Below, piece after piece: positions 46,766 to 56,688 of a stretch of DNA of 64,000 nt. The stretch lies in contig CAWDRG010000009.1 in assembly GCA_963804645.1 (NCBI GenBank), forward strand, positions 1,248,001 to 1,312,000. Direction: 5' to 3'. The DNA is from an uncultured Bacillota bacterium (GTDB lineage: Bacteria > Sysuimicrobiota > Sysuimicrobiia > Sysuimicrobiales > Segetimicrobiaceae). Made by a program: the position numbers and the translations under genes. Below the pieces are notes generated by a model that did no database searches, had not been told where the DNA came from, and saw only the letters and a list, made by a program, of their open reading frames with translations. Within the stretch, counting starts at the first letter, position 1; the number at the start of each line of letters is the position of its first letter.

Positions 46766-47785
46766 ATGACACCCCGCGTGTTCGTCGTCCAGCCGGTCCC
46801 CGACGCCGCGCTCGCGCTGCTGCGCGAGGTGGCGGAGGTCACCGTCTACCCGCATCTCGACCGGCAGATCACCACGGACGAACTCGTCGCGAGCGCGAAG
46901 CGCACCGACTACCTGTTCGCGATGCACGAGACGATCGTGCCGGCCGAGGTCGTACGCGCGAACCCCCGGCTCCGGGGCATTTCGGTCGTCGCGCGGTCGG
47001 CCGAGTTCATCGATCTGGCGACGGCGCGCGAGCTTCGGATCCCGGTGGCGACGCTCTATCCGGCCGACGAGATCTACGGCCGCATCGCCAAGGCGACGGC
47101 CGACCTCACCGCCGGCATGCTGCTGAGCCTGGCGTACCGGTTGCTCGACGCGGATCGCTTCACGCGGCAGGGGCGGTTCAAGCAGGAGCAGTCCCTGGCC
47201 CTCATGGGCCTCGGGTGTCCCGGGAAGACGGTCGGGCTGATCGGCCTCGGCGTCGTCGGCGAGCTGCTCGTCCCGCGGCTGCGGTCCTTCGAGATGGAGG
47301 TCCTCTACACCAAGCGCACGCGCCTCTCCGAGGCGCGCGAACGGGCCCTTGGGGTCACGTGGGCGTCCGGGAAGGACGAGGTGCTGCGGGGGAGCGACTA
47401 CGTCTGCATCGCGTGCGACTACAATTCGAGCACGCACCGTCTGATCGGCGCCCGCGAATTCCGCCTGATGCGGCGGTCGGCCTACCTCATCAACACCGCG
47501 CGCGGCCGCATCGTCGACGAACCGGCGCTCATCGCGGCGCTGCGCGACGGGACGATCGCCGGGGCCGCGCTGGACGTGTACTGGAATGAGCCTCCCGAGA
47601 CGCACGACCCGGCTCCGAGCGAGGCACTGTACGATCTGCATAATGTCATCCTTGCGCCCCACAACGGGGGAGCGACGTGGGACGTCCGCACCGCGATGAC
47701 GGTGTCGTGCGCGCAGAACATCGTCGCCATGATCAAAGGGGAACGGCCGCCCGGACTCTGCAACCCCGAGATCTACGACGGGTAG
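46766..47785 (+). CDS. D-2-hydroxyacid dehydrogenase family (atypical substrate domain)
   Basis: GLGVVG, INTARG, DVYWNEP, PHNGG. Confidence 0.88.
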   Translation: MTPRVFVVQPVPDAALALLREVAEVTVYPHLDRQITTDELVASAKRTDYLFAMHETIVPAEVVRANPRLRGISVVARSAEFIDLATARELRIPVATLYPADEIYGRIAKATADLTAGMLLSLAYRLLDADRFTRQGRFKQEQSLALMGLGCPGKTVGLIGLGVVGELLVPRLRSFEMEVLYTKRTRLSEARERALGVTWASGKDEVLRGSDYVCIACDYNSSTHRLIGAREFRLMRRSAYLINTARGRIVDEPALIAALRDGTIAGAALDVYWNEPPETHDPAPSEALYDLHNVILAPHNGGATWDVRTAMTVSCAQNIVAMIKGERPPGLCNPEIYDG

Positions 47786-48023
47786 GTCGCCGAACCGTGC
47801 GAACACCCATGCCCCCCACGCGGCCTGAGCCTCGGCGCGCCGGGGCGGAGGGACCGCCCGCGGCCCCGGATCAGGCGCCGCCGCGGTCTCGATCCGGGGC
47901 GTCCGGGTGGGGCGGGGAGCAGGAGCGCCGCCGCTGAGCGAGAACACGCAGGGACGAATGACGACGGTCCGTGCCGCGCGGTTTAGCAGGCGACAGTAGG
48001 CGTCCGGAGGGAGGAGTCTGCGC

Positions 48024-49334
48024 GTGAAGAGCCATGGCCGATTGGTGACCGCGATTCTGCTCGCAGTGGTGCTCGCGATCGGGGTGACGATGTACGGCGG
48101 GGTGGGCGTGCCGTCCGCCAGCGAAGCCGCGGGATGGACGCTGCCGTCGGGGTCCGTTAACCTCGCCTACTGGGACGGCGGCGACAGCACGAAGAGCAAT
48201 CTGGTCCAGACAATGCTCCGGCAGTACGCGCAGCTCCATCCCAATTACAAGGTCCAGTTCACGACGGACGTCTTTTCCGATAAGGTCGCGGTCGCGTTGA
48301 GCGCTGGGACGGTGGCGCCGCTGTTTGAGGTCGCCGACTGGAACCTGCCGAAGTACATCCAGGCCGGGCTGCTCGATCCGCTCCCGCCCGCGGCCTGGGG
48401 CCGGCAAACCGTGGCGCAGGTGCTCGACGGGTACATTCCGCATCTCCTCGACGCCCAGTACGCGAACGGCAATCTGTATGCCGTTCCGGACCAGCAGAAC
48501 GCCCACAGTCTCTACATCGACAACAATTTGTTCAAGGCGGCGGGCCTCGACCCGGTCAAGGACGCGCCGAAGACCTGGGCGGACGTCGCGCATCTCAATC
48601 AGGTGCTGACCAAGCGGCAGGGCAACCAGATCGTGCAGAAGGGCTTCGAGATGCGCTACGTTTGCCCCGACGGCCACTGGGTGGCCCAGATGTTTCAGAT
48701 CCTGCTGTACCAAGCCGGCGGCCAGATGTTTCAGGGCGCCCAGCCCGCCTTCGACAGCGCGGCGGGCGTCAAGGCGCTTGAGACGTGGAAGAGCGTGACC
48801 GTGGCGCCGCAGGTCACGCAGAACACCTGCGCGTCCCCGTACCAGGATTTCGCCGACGGGCAGGACGCGATGACGTTCATGGGGCCGAACGGCGGTCCGT
48901 CGATCGAGCTGATCAATCCCAAACTCGCCGGCAACTACACGGTCGTCCCGCTGCCGCAGCTGGATCCGTCGCACCCGGCGACGATCGTCTACTCGTTCAA
49001 CTGGGCCGTCTACGCCAAGGCGCCCGCCGATCAGAAGATGGTCGCGTGGGATCTGGTGCACTACCTGAGCTCGCAGCCGCTCGTGTGGTGGAGCCAGATC
49101 AAGTTCCTGCAGTCGCGGCAGGGCTGGTTCGATACCCCGGAGGCCAAGGCCACGCCGTTCCTCGGCGTGTTCATCCATGACCTGTCCGTGGGCCGCCCGG
49201 TGGCCCGCACGACCAACTATCCTCAGCTGCAGCCGATTTTGGGCCGGATGATCGATCGGGTGATCCTGAACAACCAGGACCCGAAGGCCGCCTTGGACCA
49301 GGCCGTCAGCGAGTACCAGCAGGCGACGAAATAA
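48024..49334 (+). CDS. Carbohydrate ABC substrate-binding protein
   Basis: Signal peptide; GNLYAVP; LFKAAGLDP..PKTW; FADG. Confidence 0.9.
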   Translation: MKSHGRLVTAILLAVVLAIGVTMYGGVGVPSASEAAGWTLPSGSVNLAYWDGGDSTKSNLVQTMLRQYAQLHPNYKVQFTTDVFSDKVAVALSAGTVAPLFEVADWNLPKYIQAGLLDPLPPAAWGRQTVAQVLDGYIPHLLDAQYANGNLYAVPDQQNAHSLYIDNNLFKAAGLDPVKDAPKTWADVAHLNQVLTKRQGNQIVQKGFEMRYVCPDGHWVAQMFQILLYQAGGQMFQGAQPAFDSAAGVKALETWKSVTVAPQVTQNTCASPYQDFADGQDAMTFMGPNGGPSIELINPKLAGNYTVVPLPQLDPSHPATIVYSFNWAVYAKAPADQKMVAWDLVHYLSSQPLVWWSQIKFLQSRQGWFDTPEAKATPFLGVFIHDLSVGRPVARTTNYPQLQPILGRMIDRVILNNQDPKAALDQAVSEYQQATK

Positions 49335-49336
49335 CG

Positions 49337-50344
49337 ATGGAGTCGATCGACATCCACTTCCATGTCGTGCCGCCGGCGTTTGTGGAGGCGGTGCGCCGCG
49401 GGGAGTTCTCGGACGTCGTCCACATCGAGCGGAGAAGCGGCACCGATCACATGCTCTTTCACGCGCCGCCGGACGTGGTGGTCGAGCCCGGTTCAGCGCT
49501 GGACCCGGCGGAACACGAGGTGCCGTTGATCGTGGAGGGGCTCAACCGCCGCCAGCTCGACGCGGCGGTCATCGGGCCGTCTCCGGGACTCTTTTTCTAC
49601 TGGGCCGGCCCGGCCCTCGGGGCCCGGCTGGCCGGCGCGCTCAACGACGGCATCGCGGCGATGGTGCGAGCCCATCCCGACCGGTTCATCGGGATGGGCA
49701 CCGTGCCGATGCAGGACGGCGCGCTCGCGGCGCGCGAGGTCGAGCGGGCGGTGACCGAGCTGGGTCTGCGCGCCATTGAGGTCTGCACCCACGTCAACGG
49801 GGTGGACTTGGACCACCCGAGTTTCACGCCGATGTTCGCCGCGGTGGAACGCCTCAACGTGCCCGTGTTCATTCATCCGCAGAACTGGGGCGACATGCGG
49901 CGGTGGAAATCTCACCACATTTGGAATCTGGTCGGATTTCCGACGGAGACCGCGCTCGCGGCCGCGCACCTGATCTTGGGAGGGGTATTCGAGAAGTTCC
50001 CCCGCCTCAAGGTGGTCCTCGCGCACGGCGGCGGATATTTTCCGTACCAGGTTGGCCGGCTGGATCATGGGTACGACGTGCGCCGGGAGTTGAACGAGCA
50101 TCTGCCGAGGCATCCTAGTGAATATCTTGGCGGCATTTACTGCGACACGCTGACCCACAGCGGGATGGCGCTGCGGTATCTACTCGAGCGGGTCGGCGAC
50201 GACCACGTCGTGATCGGCAGCGACTATCCGTTTGACATGGGCTACGACCATCCCGTCGCCATGGTGCGGGAGAGCGGGCTGGGGCGGGAGCGAGAAGCGA
50301 AAGTACTCGGCAAGAATCTGGCCAAGCTGCTCGGAATCGGGTGA
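49337..50344 (+). CDS. Amidohydrolase_2 family, close paralog of 42849-43856
   Basis: DIHFH, FIHP, LAHGGG, IGSDYPFDM; long runs identical to the paralog. Confidence 0.9.
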   Translation: MESIDIHFHVVPPAFVEAVRRGEFSDVVHIERRSGTDHMLFHAPPDVVVEPGSALDPAEHEVPLIVEGLNRRQLDAAVIGPSPGLFFYWAGPALGARLAGALNDGIAAMVRAHPDRFIGMGTVPMQDGALAAREVERAVTELGLRAIEVCTHVNGVDLDHPSFTPMFAAVERLNVPVFIHPQNWGDMRRWKSHHIWNLVGFPTETALAAAHLILGGVFEKFPRLKVVLAHGGGYFPYQVGRLDHGYDVRRELNEHLPRHPSEYLGGIYCDTLTHSGMALRYLLERVGDDHVVIGSDYPFDMGYDHPVAMVRESGLGREREAKVLGKNLAKLLGIG

Positions 50345-50347
50345 CCG

Positions 50348-50386
50348 TCGACCCCACGCCCGACGGCCCGTCGGGCGTGGGGTCGA
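50348..50386. repeat. Perfect 19-bp inverted repeat (hairpin)
   Basis: TCGACCCCACGCCCGACGG-C-CCGTCGGGCGTGGGGTCGA just after the stop codon; no U-tract. Confidence 0.8.
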
Positions 50387-50569
50387 ACCTCGATCGTTCC
50401 AGCACGCGCCGCCCGGCGGCCCGCACGCTGACGCTGGCCATGGGACTGGTACCGCCTCGCGTAGCACCATGCCGATTCGACGGGCGCGCCGCATGACGCA
50501 GCCGAGGACTGCGCGGCCGCGCTGACGCGTCGGACGGTTCGGTCGGACATCGACAGGTGAGGTGATGGG

Positions 50570-51688
50570 ATGGCGGAGGGACGCGACGCCGGGGTCGGAT
50601 TCCGACGCGTTGGATTTCTCGACCTGATGGGCGGCGGTCAGGTCACGGTCGACGGCAACTACGCGTACGTCGGACACATGGCGCCGCCCCTGGGGACGAG
50701 CATCCTGGACGTGTCCAATCCGGCGGATCCCCGGGTGGTGGCCCAGCTCACCGTGCCGGCCGATATCCATTCGCACAAGGTGCGCGTGATCGGCGACGTG
50801 ATGCTGGTGAACTATGAGCGGTTCCCGGAGGACGACCGGGCGCCGCGATCGGTCGGGCTCAAGCTCTATGACATCGCGGACCGGCGGCGGCCGCGCGAGA
50901 TCTCGTTTTTCCCCACGCAGAACCGCGGGGTCCACCGGTTTGATGTCCAGGGGACCCAGGTGTTCTTGTCGACCGGCTGGGAGGGCTTCCGCTCGAACAT
51001 CCTTGCGATCGTGGACGTCGCGCAGCCCACGAAGCCGACGCTCGTCGGTCGGTGGTGGTTTGAGGGGCTGCAGGGCGACGGGTTTGGACCGCCCGACTAC
51101 TGGGTCCACCTGGCGCTCGCGCGCGGGGACCGCGCGTACGTCGCCTGCGGAGTTGCGGGCGTCCGCATCGTCGATATTACCGATCGGTCCCGACCCGCCA
51201 CCGTGAGCGGCGTCCAGTGGAATCCCCCGTACACGCCCCCGACGCACACGTTCTTGCCGGTGCCGCACCTGATCCGGAACCGGCGGTTCGCCGTGGTGAC
51301 GGACGAGGACGTGATCGACAACGTGCTCGAGGATCCGCCGGCGTTTATGTGGATCCTCGACATCACGGACGAGACGCGCCCGGTGCCGGTCGCGACGTAC
51401 CAGGCGGATCCGGACGGCCTGGTCGTCCCCGGCAAGCGGTTTGGCGCGCACCAGCCGTGGGAGCATATTCGAGAGGACAACATCGTCTTCGTGACGTGGT
51501 TCAGCGGCGGGCTGCGGGCCGTCGATATCAGCGACCCCTACCGGCCCCGGGAGGTCGGCCGCTACATTCCTCCGGCGGTCCCGCCGCAGCCGGCGGTGCA
51601 GTCGAACGACGTCTTTGTCGATCCCCGCGGGCTGGTGTATGTGATCGACCGGTATCGCGGCCTGACGGTGCTCGAGTTTCGGCCGTGA
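50570..51688 (+). CDS. LVIVD-repeat beta-propeller protein
   Basis: ILDVSNPADP, LYDIAD, IVDITD, AVDISDPYRP repeats; RFGAH. Confidence 0.9.
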   Translation: MAEGRDAGVGFRRVGFLDLMGGGQVTVDGNYAYVGHMAPPLGTSILDVSNPADPRVVAQLTVPADIHSHKVRVIGDVMLVNYERFPEDDRAPRSVGLKLYDIADRRRPREISFFPTQNRGVHRFDVQGTQVFLSTGWEGFRSNILAIVDVAQPTKPTLVGRWWFEGLQGDGFGPPDYWVHLALARGDRAYVACGVAGVRIVDITDRSRPATVSGVQWNPPYTPPTHTFLPVPHLIRNRRFAVVTDEDVIDNVLEDPPAFMWILDITDETRPVPVATYQADPDGLVVPGKRFGAHQPWEHIREDNIVFVTWFSGGLRAVDISDPYRPREVGRYIPPAVPPQPAVQSNDVFVDPRGLVYVIDRYRGLTVLEFRP

Positions 51689-51845
51689 GCGGCGGGGGCC
51701 GCCGAGGGATCGCACCGTGCCGGGGCGAACTCGATGGTATTCAGCCGCGGTGCACCGGCTCCGTGAACGTCGACCGCCCGGCCCCCACGTGTTCCTGCGG
51801 CCGGGCCGTCCGCGTGCCCGCGCGAATCATCTTGGGAGGTGAGTC

Positions 51846-52857
51846 GTGAAGCCGAAAGTATTTGTGGTGCAGCCGATTCCGGACGTCGCGCTTGACCTGA
51901 TGCGCGAAGTGGCGGACGTCGACGTCTTTCCGCGCCTGGACCGGCACTTGAGCGAGGACGAGTTGATCGCCGCTGCGAAGCGGACCGACTATCTGTTCGT
52001 TATGGGGGGCAACCTGATTACGGGTGACATCCTCCGTGCGAACCCAAACCTGAAGGGCGTGGTGCTGGTGCACCGCCGCATGGCCCAGAACCCGATCGAC
52101 CTCGATGTCGCGCGCGAGTGCAACATCAAGGTCGTATTCCCCGACCCGTGGGACCGGGTGTACCAGTACATCTGCCGGGCGACGTGCGACCTCGCGATGG
52201 CCATGATCCTGGATTTTGCCTACCGCGTCCTCGACGCGGATCGCTACACGCGCGCCGGGAAGTTCAAGCAGGAGCACACGATGGCGCTGATGGGGATCGG
52301 CTGCCACGGCAAGACGCTCGGGTCGGTGGGGCTGGGCCGCGTCGACCGAGTTCATGGTGCCGCGCGCGAAGGCCTTCGAGATGAACGTGATCTACACGAA
52401 GCGCACCCGGCTGCCGCTGGAACAGGAGCGGGCGCTCGGCGTGGAATGGGTGCCGGACAAGGACGAAGTCCTGCGGCGGAGCGACTTCGTGAGCGTGGGG
52501 GTCGACTACAATCCGAGCACGCACCTGATGTTCGGGGAGCGCGAGTTTGCGCTGATGAAGCCGACCGCGTACTTCATCAACATCGGACGGGGCCGGATCG
52601 TCGACGAGCCCGCGCTCGTGCGGGCGCTGCAGAAGGGCACGATCGCCGGCGCGGGGCTCGACGTCTACTGGAACGAGCCGCCGGTCACCCGCGAGCCCGC
52701 GCCCAGCGAGGAGTTTTTCAAGATGGACAACGTGATCTTGGCCCCGCACAACGGGGGCGCCACGTGGGAGGCCCGCGGCGAGCTGACCAAGGACGCGGCG
52801 CGCAATGTCGTCGCGCTGATCAAGGGCGACGAGCCCCGCGGGCTCGTCAAGTGGTAG
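51846..52857 (+). pseudogene. D-2-hydroxyacid dehydrogenase (paralog of 46766) with +1 frameshift at about 52345
   Basis: Removing A52345 gives GLGRVAEFMVPRAKAF and joins ORFs 51846 and 52354. Confidence 0.85.
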
Positions 52858-52977
52858 CGAAGCGTACCGCGGCGGCGGGCGCGGCACCCGACCTCGGGGG
52901 CCGCGTCCGCTGATCCGCCCGGCCCGCGTCGCGCGCGGGGCGGCCGTGCGCCGGGCGGGCCGGGTCGAAGGGATGCA

Positions 52978-53964
52978 ATGACGGCACGCGCGCGCGTCTA
53001 TCTGACCCAGCCGATCCCGGAGCGCCCGCTGCATCGTCTCCGCGAGCTCGCGGACGTTACGTCCAACCCCGATCCGCTGCACATCGCGACCGCCGAGGAG
53101 CTGGCCGCCGGCACCCGCGACGCGGACGTGCTGTTCTGCCTGCTGCACGACCGCGTGGACGGGTCGCTGCTGGCGCAGCGTCCGGGGCTGCGGCTCATCG
53201 CGTCGATGGCGATCATCCCCGCCAACATCGATGTCGCGGCGGCGACCGCGCGCGGCATCCCGGTGACGGTGATCCCGCCGCTCGTGACCGAGGCGACGGC
53301 CGACGTCACGATGGCGCTGCTGCTCGCGGTGGCGCGGCGCGTCGTCGAAGGGGACCGGCTGCTGCGGTCCGGCGTGTTTCCCGGCGGACAGTCCACGTAT
53401 CTCATCGGCGGGACCGTGCACGGGAAGACGCTCGGAATCGTCGGGTTCGGCGCGATCGGCCGCGCCGTTGCGGCGCGCGCACGCGGATTCGGGATGCGGG
53501 TGCTCTATATGAAGCGCACGCGCCTGCCCGCGGACGAGGAGCGCGCCCTCGGGCTCGAGTGGGCGGCGCTGCCGGATCTGCTGCGCGAGGCGGATTTTGT
53601 GTCGGTTCACGCCCTGCAGACGGCGGACACCCATCATCTGATCGGCGCGCCGGAGCTCCGCCAGATGAAGCGGACGGCGTACCTGCTCAATACCTCCCGG
53701 GGACCCCTGGTCGACGAAGCGGCGCTCGTGACCGCGCTGCGGGAGGGGTGGATCGCCGGAGCGGGACTCGACGTGTACGAGCACGAACCCCGCGTCTCGG
53801 CCGGCCTGTTGGGGCTCGCGAACGCGGTGCTGGTGCCGCACATCGGCAGCGCCGATCGCGAGACGCGGGATCGCATCGCGGGCGTCGTCGTGGACAACAT
53901 CGCCGCCTTCCTGCGCGGCGAGCGGCCGCCCAACGTGGTGAATCCGGAGGTCTACCGGCGGTGA
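52978..53964 (+). CDS. Glyoxylate reductase-like D-2-hydroxyacid dehydrogenase
   Basis: TEATAD, GFGAIG, NTSRG, DVYEHEP, PHIGSA. Confidence 0.9.
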   Translation: MTARARVYLTQPIPERPLHRLRELADVTSNPDPLHIATAEELAAGTRDADVLFCLLHDRVDGSLLAQRPGLRLIASMAIIPANIDVAAATARGIPVTVIPPLVTEATADVTMALLLAVARRVVEGDRLLRSGVFPGGQSTYLIGGTVHGKTLGIVGFGAIGRAVAARARGFGMRVLYMKRTRLPADEERALGLEWAALPDLLREADFVSVHALQTADTHHLIGAPELRQMKRTAYLLNTSRGPLVDEAALVTALREGWIAGAGLDVYEHEPRVSAGLLGLANAVLVPHIGSADRETRDRIAGVVVDNIAAFLRGERPPNVVNPEVYRR

Positions 53965-54052
53965 CGCGCCGCGGCGATCGGATCGCGCGGAGGGCGCTGC
54001 GGCTGCGGCCCGGGGCCGGGCGATGCCCCATCATGACGGTGGAGGGCGGCGT

Positions 54053-55309
54053 ATGCCGGGGGATGGCGTGACGCGGACTGGGATGGGCGCGGAGTCGTGG
54101 TCGCGCGGCGCCGGGCTCGTCGATTTCGAGGCACGGGTCGACATGTCCCGGCTCCGGGCCGGGCGGTGGGCCCGCGCGCGAGCGGCGCTGGCCGACGCGA
54201 AGCTCGATGCGGTGCTGGTGTGGAAGGAAGAAAACGTCCGGTATCTCACGAGCCTGCGGCCGCAGGTGATCGCGGGCAAGAACGGGGTGCTGAACGGCGC
54301 GCTGTTCACCCGCGACGGTGTTGCGATTCTGTTCATCTCGGGCGGCGATCGCGATCGCGCCGAGGCGTCGATGCCCTGGGTCGCCGAGTTTCATACCGTG
54401 CCGATCCTGGAGGAGCCCGGGCTGGTGCGCCACGCGGCGACCGCGATCATCCCCGAGGTGCTGCGCCGGCACGGACTCGCCGGCGGTGCGGTGGGGATCG
54501 ACCTCGCGAGCAAGCTGCTCATGGATGCCCTCGGCGAGACGTGTCCGGGGGTTCGGTGGGTCGACGGCGACGCGGCGATGCAGGCGGCGCGTCGCGTGAA
54601 GAGCGCGGAGGAACTGGCGGTGCTCGAGGAGGCGACCGCCATCGCCGAGGCGGTGACCGCCACGGCCGTGGCCCACGTCGCGGCCGGCGTCCGCGAGTGT
54701 GAGGTGGCGGCGGAGGCGGTGCGGACCCTGTACCGCCTCGGCGGCGAATACCCGCATGTGACGACGCCGTTTGTGGCGAGCGGGGAACGGATGTCGCCGC
54801 CGACGCGCCTCGCGACCGACAAGTTGATTCGCGAAGGCGACCTCGTGTTCATCGACATCGGCGCGATGTGGAACGGGTATTTCGGCGACATCGGCCGGAC
54901 GGTCGTCTGCGGGACGCCGTCGGCCGAACAGTGCCGGATCTATCGCACCGTCTGGGAGGCCCTCCAAGCTGGGATTGACGCGATGCGCCCCGGGGTCACG
55001 AACGTTGCCGTGGCCGCCGCGATCCGGGGACGGGCCGAGCATCATGGGCTCGCGGAGCATTTTCTCAGCCTGTTCATCGGGCACGGGATCGGCTGCGGGT
55101 CGAACGAGCCGCCGTATGTCGGGGAAGACATTCCGGGAGCGGCGGCGGTCGTGCTCGAACCCGGCATGGTGTTTGCGCTGGAGCCGCTGATCTGGGTGCC
55201 CGGCGTGGCCGGCGGGGGCGGTGTTCGTCTCGAGGACATGGTCGTCGTGACCGGCGACGGGGCGCGGCGCATGTCCCGGAGTCCGTACTGCGAGGCGCTG
55301 CTGGCATGA
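54053..55309 (+). CDS. M24 (Xaa-Pro peptidase / creatinase-fold) protein
   Basis: ENVRY; FID...GDIGRT; GHGIG; LEP; RLED. Confidence 0.9.
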   Translation: MPGDGVTRTGMGAESWSRGAGLVDFEARVDMSRLRAGRWARARAALADAKLDAVLVWKEENVRYLTSLRPQVIAGKNGVLNGALFTRDGVAILFISGGDRDRAEASMPWVAEFHTVPILEEPGLVRHAATAIIPEVLRRHGLAGGAVGIDLASKLLMDALGETCPGVRWVDGDAAMQAARRVKSAEELAVLEEATAIAEAVTATAVAHVAAGVRECEVAAEAVRTLYRLGGEYPHVTTPFVASGERMSPPTRLATDKLIREGDLVFIDIGAMWNGYFGDIGRTVVCGTPSAEQCRIYRTVWEALQAGIDAMRPGVTNVAVAAAIRGRAEHHGLAEHFLSLFIGHGIGCGSNEPPYVGEDIPGAAAVVLEPGMVFALEPLIWVPGVAGGGGVRLEDMVVVTGDGARRMSRSPYCEALLA

Positions 55310-55382
55310 GCGCGGGCGTCGTCGCGGAAGAGCGCACGATCACAGCGGTGGGGACACATCTCAGAAGGGGAGGCGACAGGGC

Positions 55383-56639
55383 ATGAGTGAGCATCCGTTT
55401 CTCGCAGGGAAGCACGAGCTTCAGCCGCGCCGCGTCTACAGCACGTCCGGCACCGACTGGCAGGGGCGGGTGAACTTTGATCGCCTGCGGCGGGAGCGCC
55501 TGGCGCGTGCGCGGGAGATGATGGACAAGCACAATTTGGGCGCCCTCATTCTGTTTGTCGGCGAGAACGTGCGGTACGTGACGGGCGTGTACCAGGGCAA
55601 CTGGAAGAACAACATCTTCATTCGCTACGCGGTGCTGGTCCGCGGCAAGGACCCCGTCCTGTTTGAGACGGTCGGGAGCGACATGGTGTGCGCCCAGATC
55701 GATGCGCCGTGGCTGCACGAAGTGCGTCCCGCGATCACGTGGAAGTGGTCGGAGGGCGCGGAGCCCGAGATGGCGACCCGCATGGCGACCTCCATCGCGG
55801 ACGTGCTGCGCGAGGGCGGGGTCGAGAAGGAGAAGATCGGCATCGACATCATGGACATGGTCGCGTACCAGGCGCTGACGAAGCAGGGGCTGAACATCGT
55901 CAACGGCTGGCCGGCGATGTCTCAGGCGCGGGTGATCAAGACCCTCGACGAGCTGGAGTGCCACAAGATCGCCGCCGCCCACGGGGACGCGGCGATGTGG
56001 ATGGCCAAGCACGAATGGGCGAAGCCGGGCGTGCGCGAGGCGGAAGTGTGCGCCAAGGTCAACGAGTACCTGTACCGGAGCGGGTTCGACTTCGTCTACG
56101 ACATCATCGTCGCATCGGGCGGCAACACGAGCCCGTACCGCCGGTGGCACACCGACAAAATCATTCGGCAAGGCGACCTGATGATCATCGACATCAACGC
56201 GGTCGGCCCGGGCGGCTACTTCATCGACTTCGTGCGGTGCTGGAAAGTCGCCCAGCAGCCGACGCAAAAAGAGAAGGACCTCTACAAGGAGTGCTACGAC
56301 TCGCTCTACGCGGCGATCCACGCCATCAAGCCCGGGGCGACCAGCGCCGATGTCGCGAAGCACTTTCCCGTGTACGACGACGACAAGTACGGAAGCGTGT
56401 CGCTGCAGCAGTTCGCCCACAGCATCGGCCTGAGCCTGTACGAGGGGATGTGGATCTCGCGCGCGTACTCGCTGAAGTACCCGGCGGAGCTCAAGCCGAA
56501 CATGTATTTTGCGATCGAGACCTTTGCGGGCCATCCGGGTCTCGAGCAGACGGTGCGGCTCGAGGAGAACCTGGTGGTGACCGACAAGGGCTACGAGATT
56601 TTCACGCTGTGCGAGCACGCCGACGACATGCGGCAGTAG
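55383..56639 (+). CDS. M24 family protein
   Basis: ENVRY; IID...IDFVR; AHSIG; AIET; RLEE. Confidence 0.9.
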   Translation: MSEHPFLAGKHELQPRRVYSTSGTDWQGRVNFDRLRRERLARAREMMDKHNLGALILFVGENVRYVTGVYQGNWKNNIFIRYAVLVRGKDPVLFETVGSDMVCAQIDAPWLHEVRPAITWKWSEGAEPEMATRMATSIADVLREGGVEKEKIGIDIMDMVAYQALTKQGLNIVNGWPAMSQARVIKTLDELECHKIAAAHGDAAMWMAKHEWAKPGVREAEVCAKVNEYLYRSGFDFVYDIIVASGGNTSPYRRWHTDKIIRQGDLMIIDINAVGPGGYFIDFVRCWKVAQQPTQKEKDLYKECYDSLYAAIHAIKPGATSADVAKHFPVYDDDKYGSVSLQQFAHSIGLSLYEGMWISRAYSLKYPAELKPNMYFAIETFAGHPGLEQTVRLEENLVVTDKGYEIFTLCEHADDMRQ

Positions 56640-56688
56640 TCGGGGGCACGGCGGGCGTGTGTGTCTAGGCTGAGCGCGGGGGTCCGGC

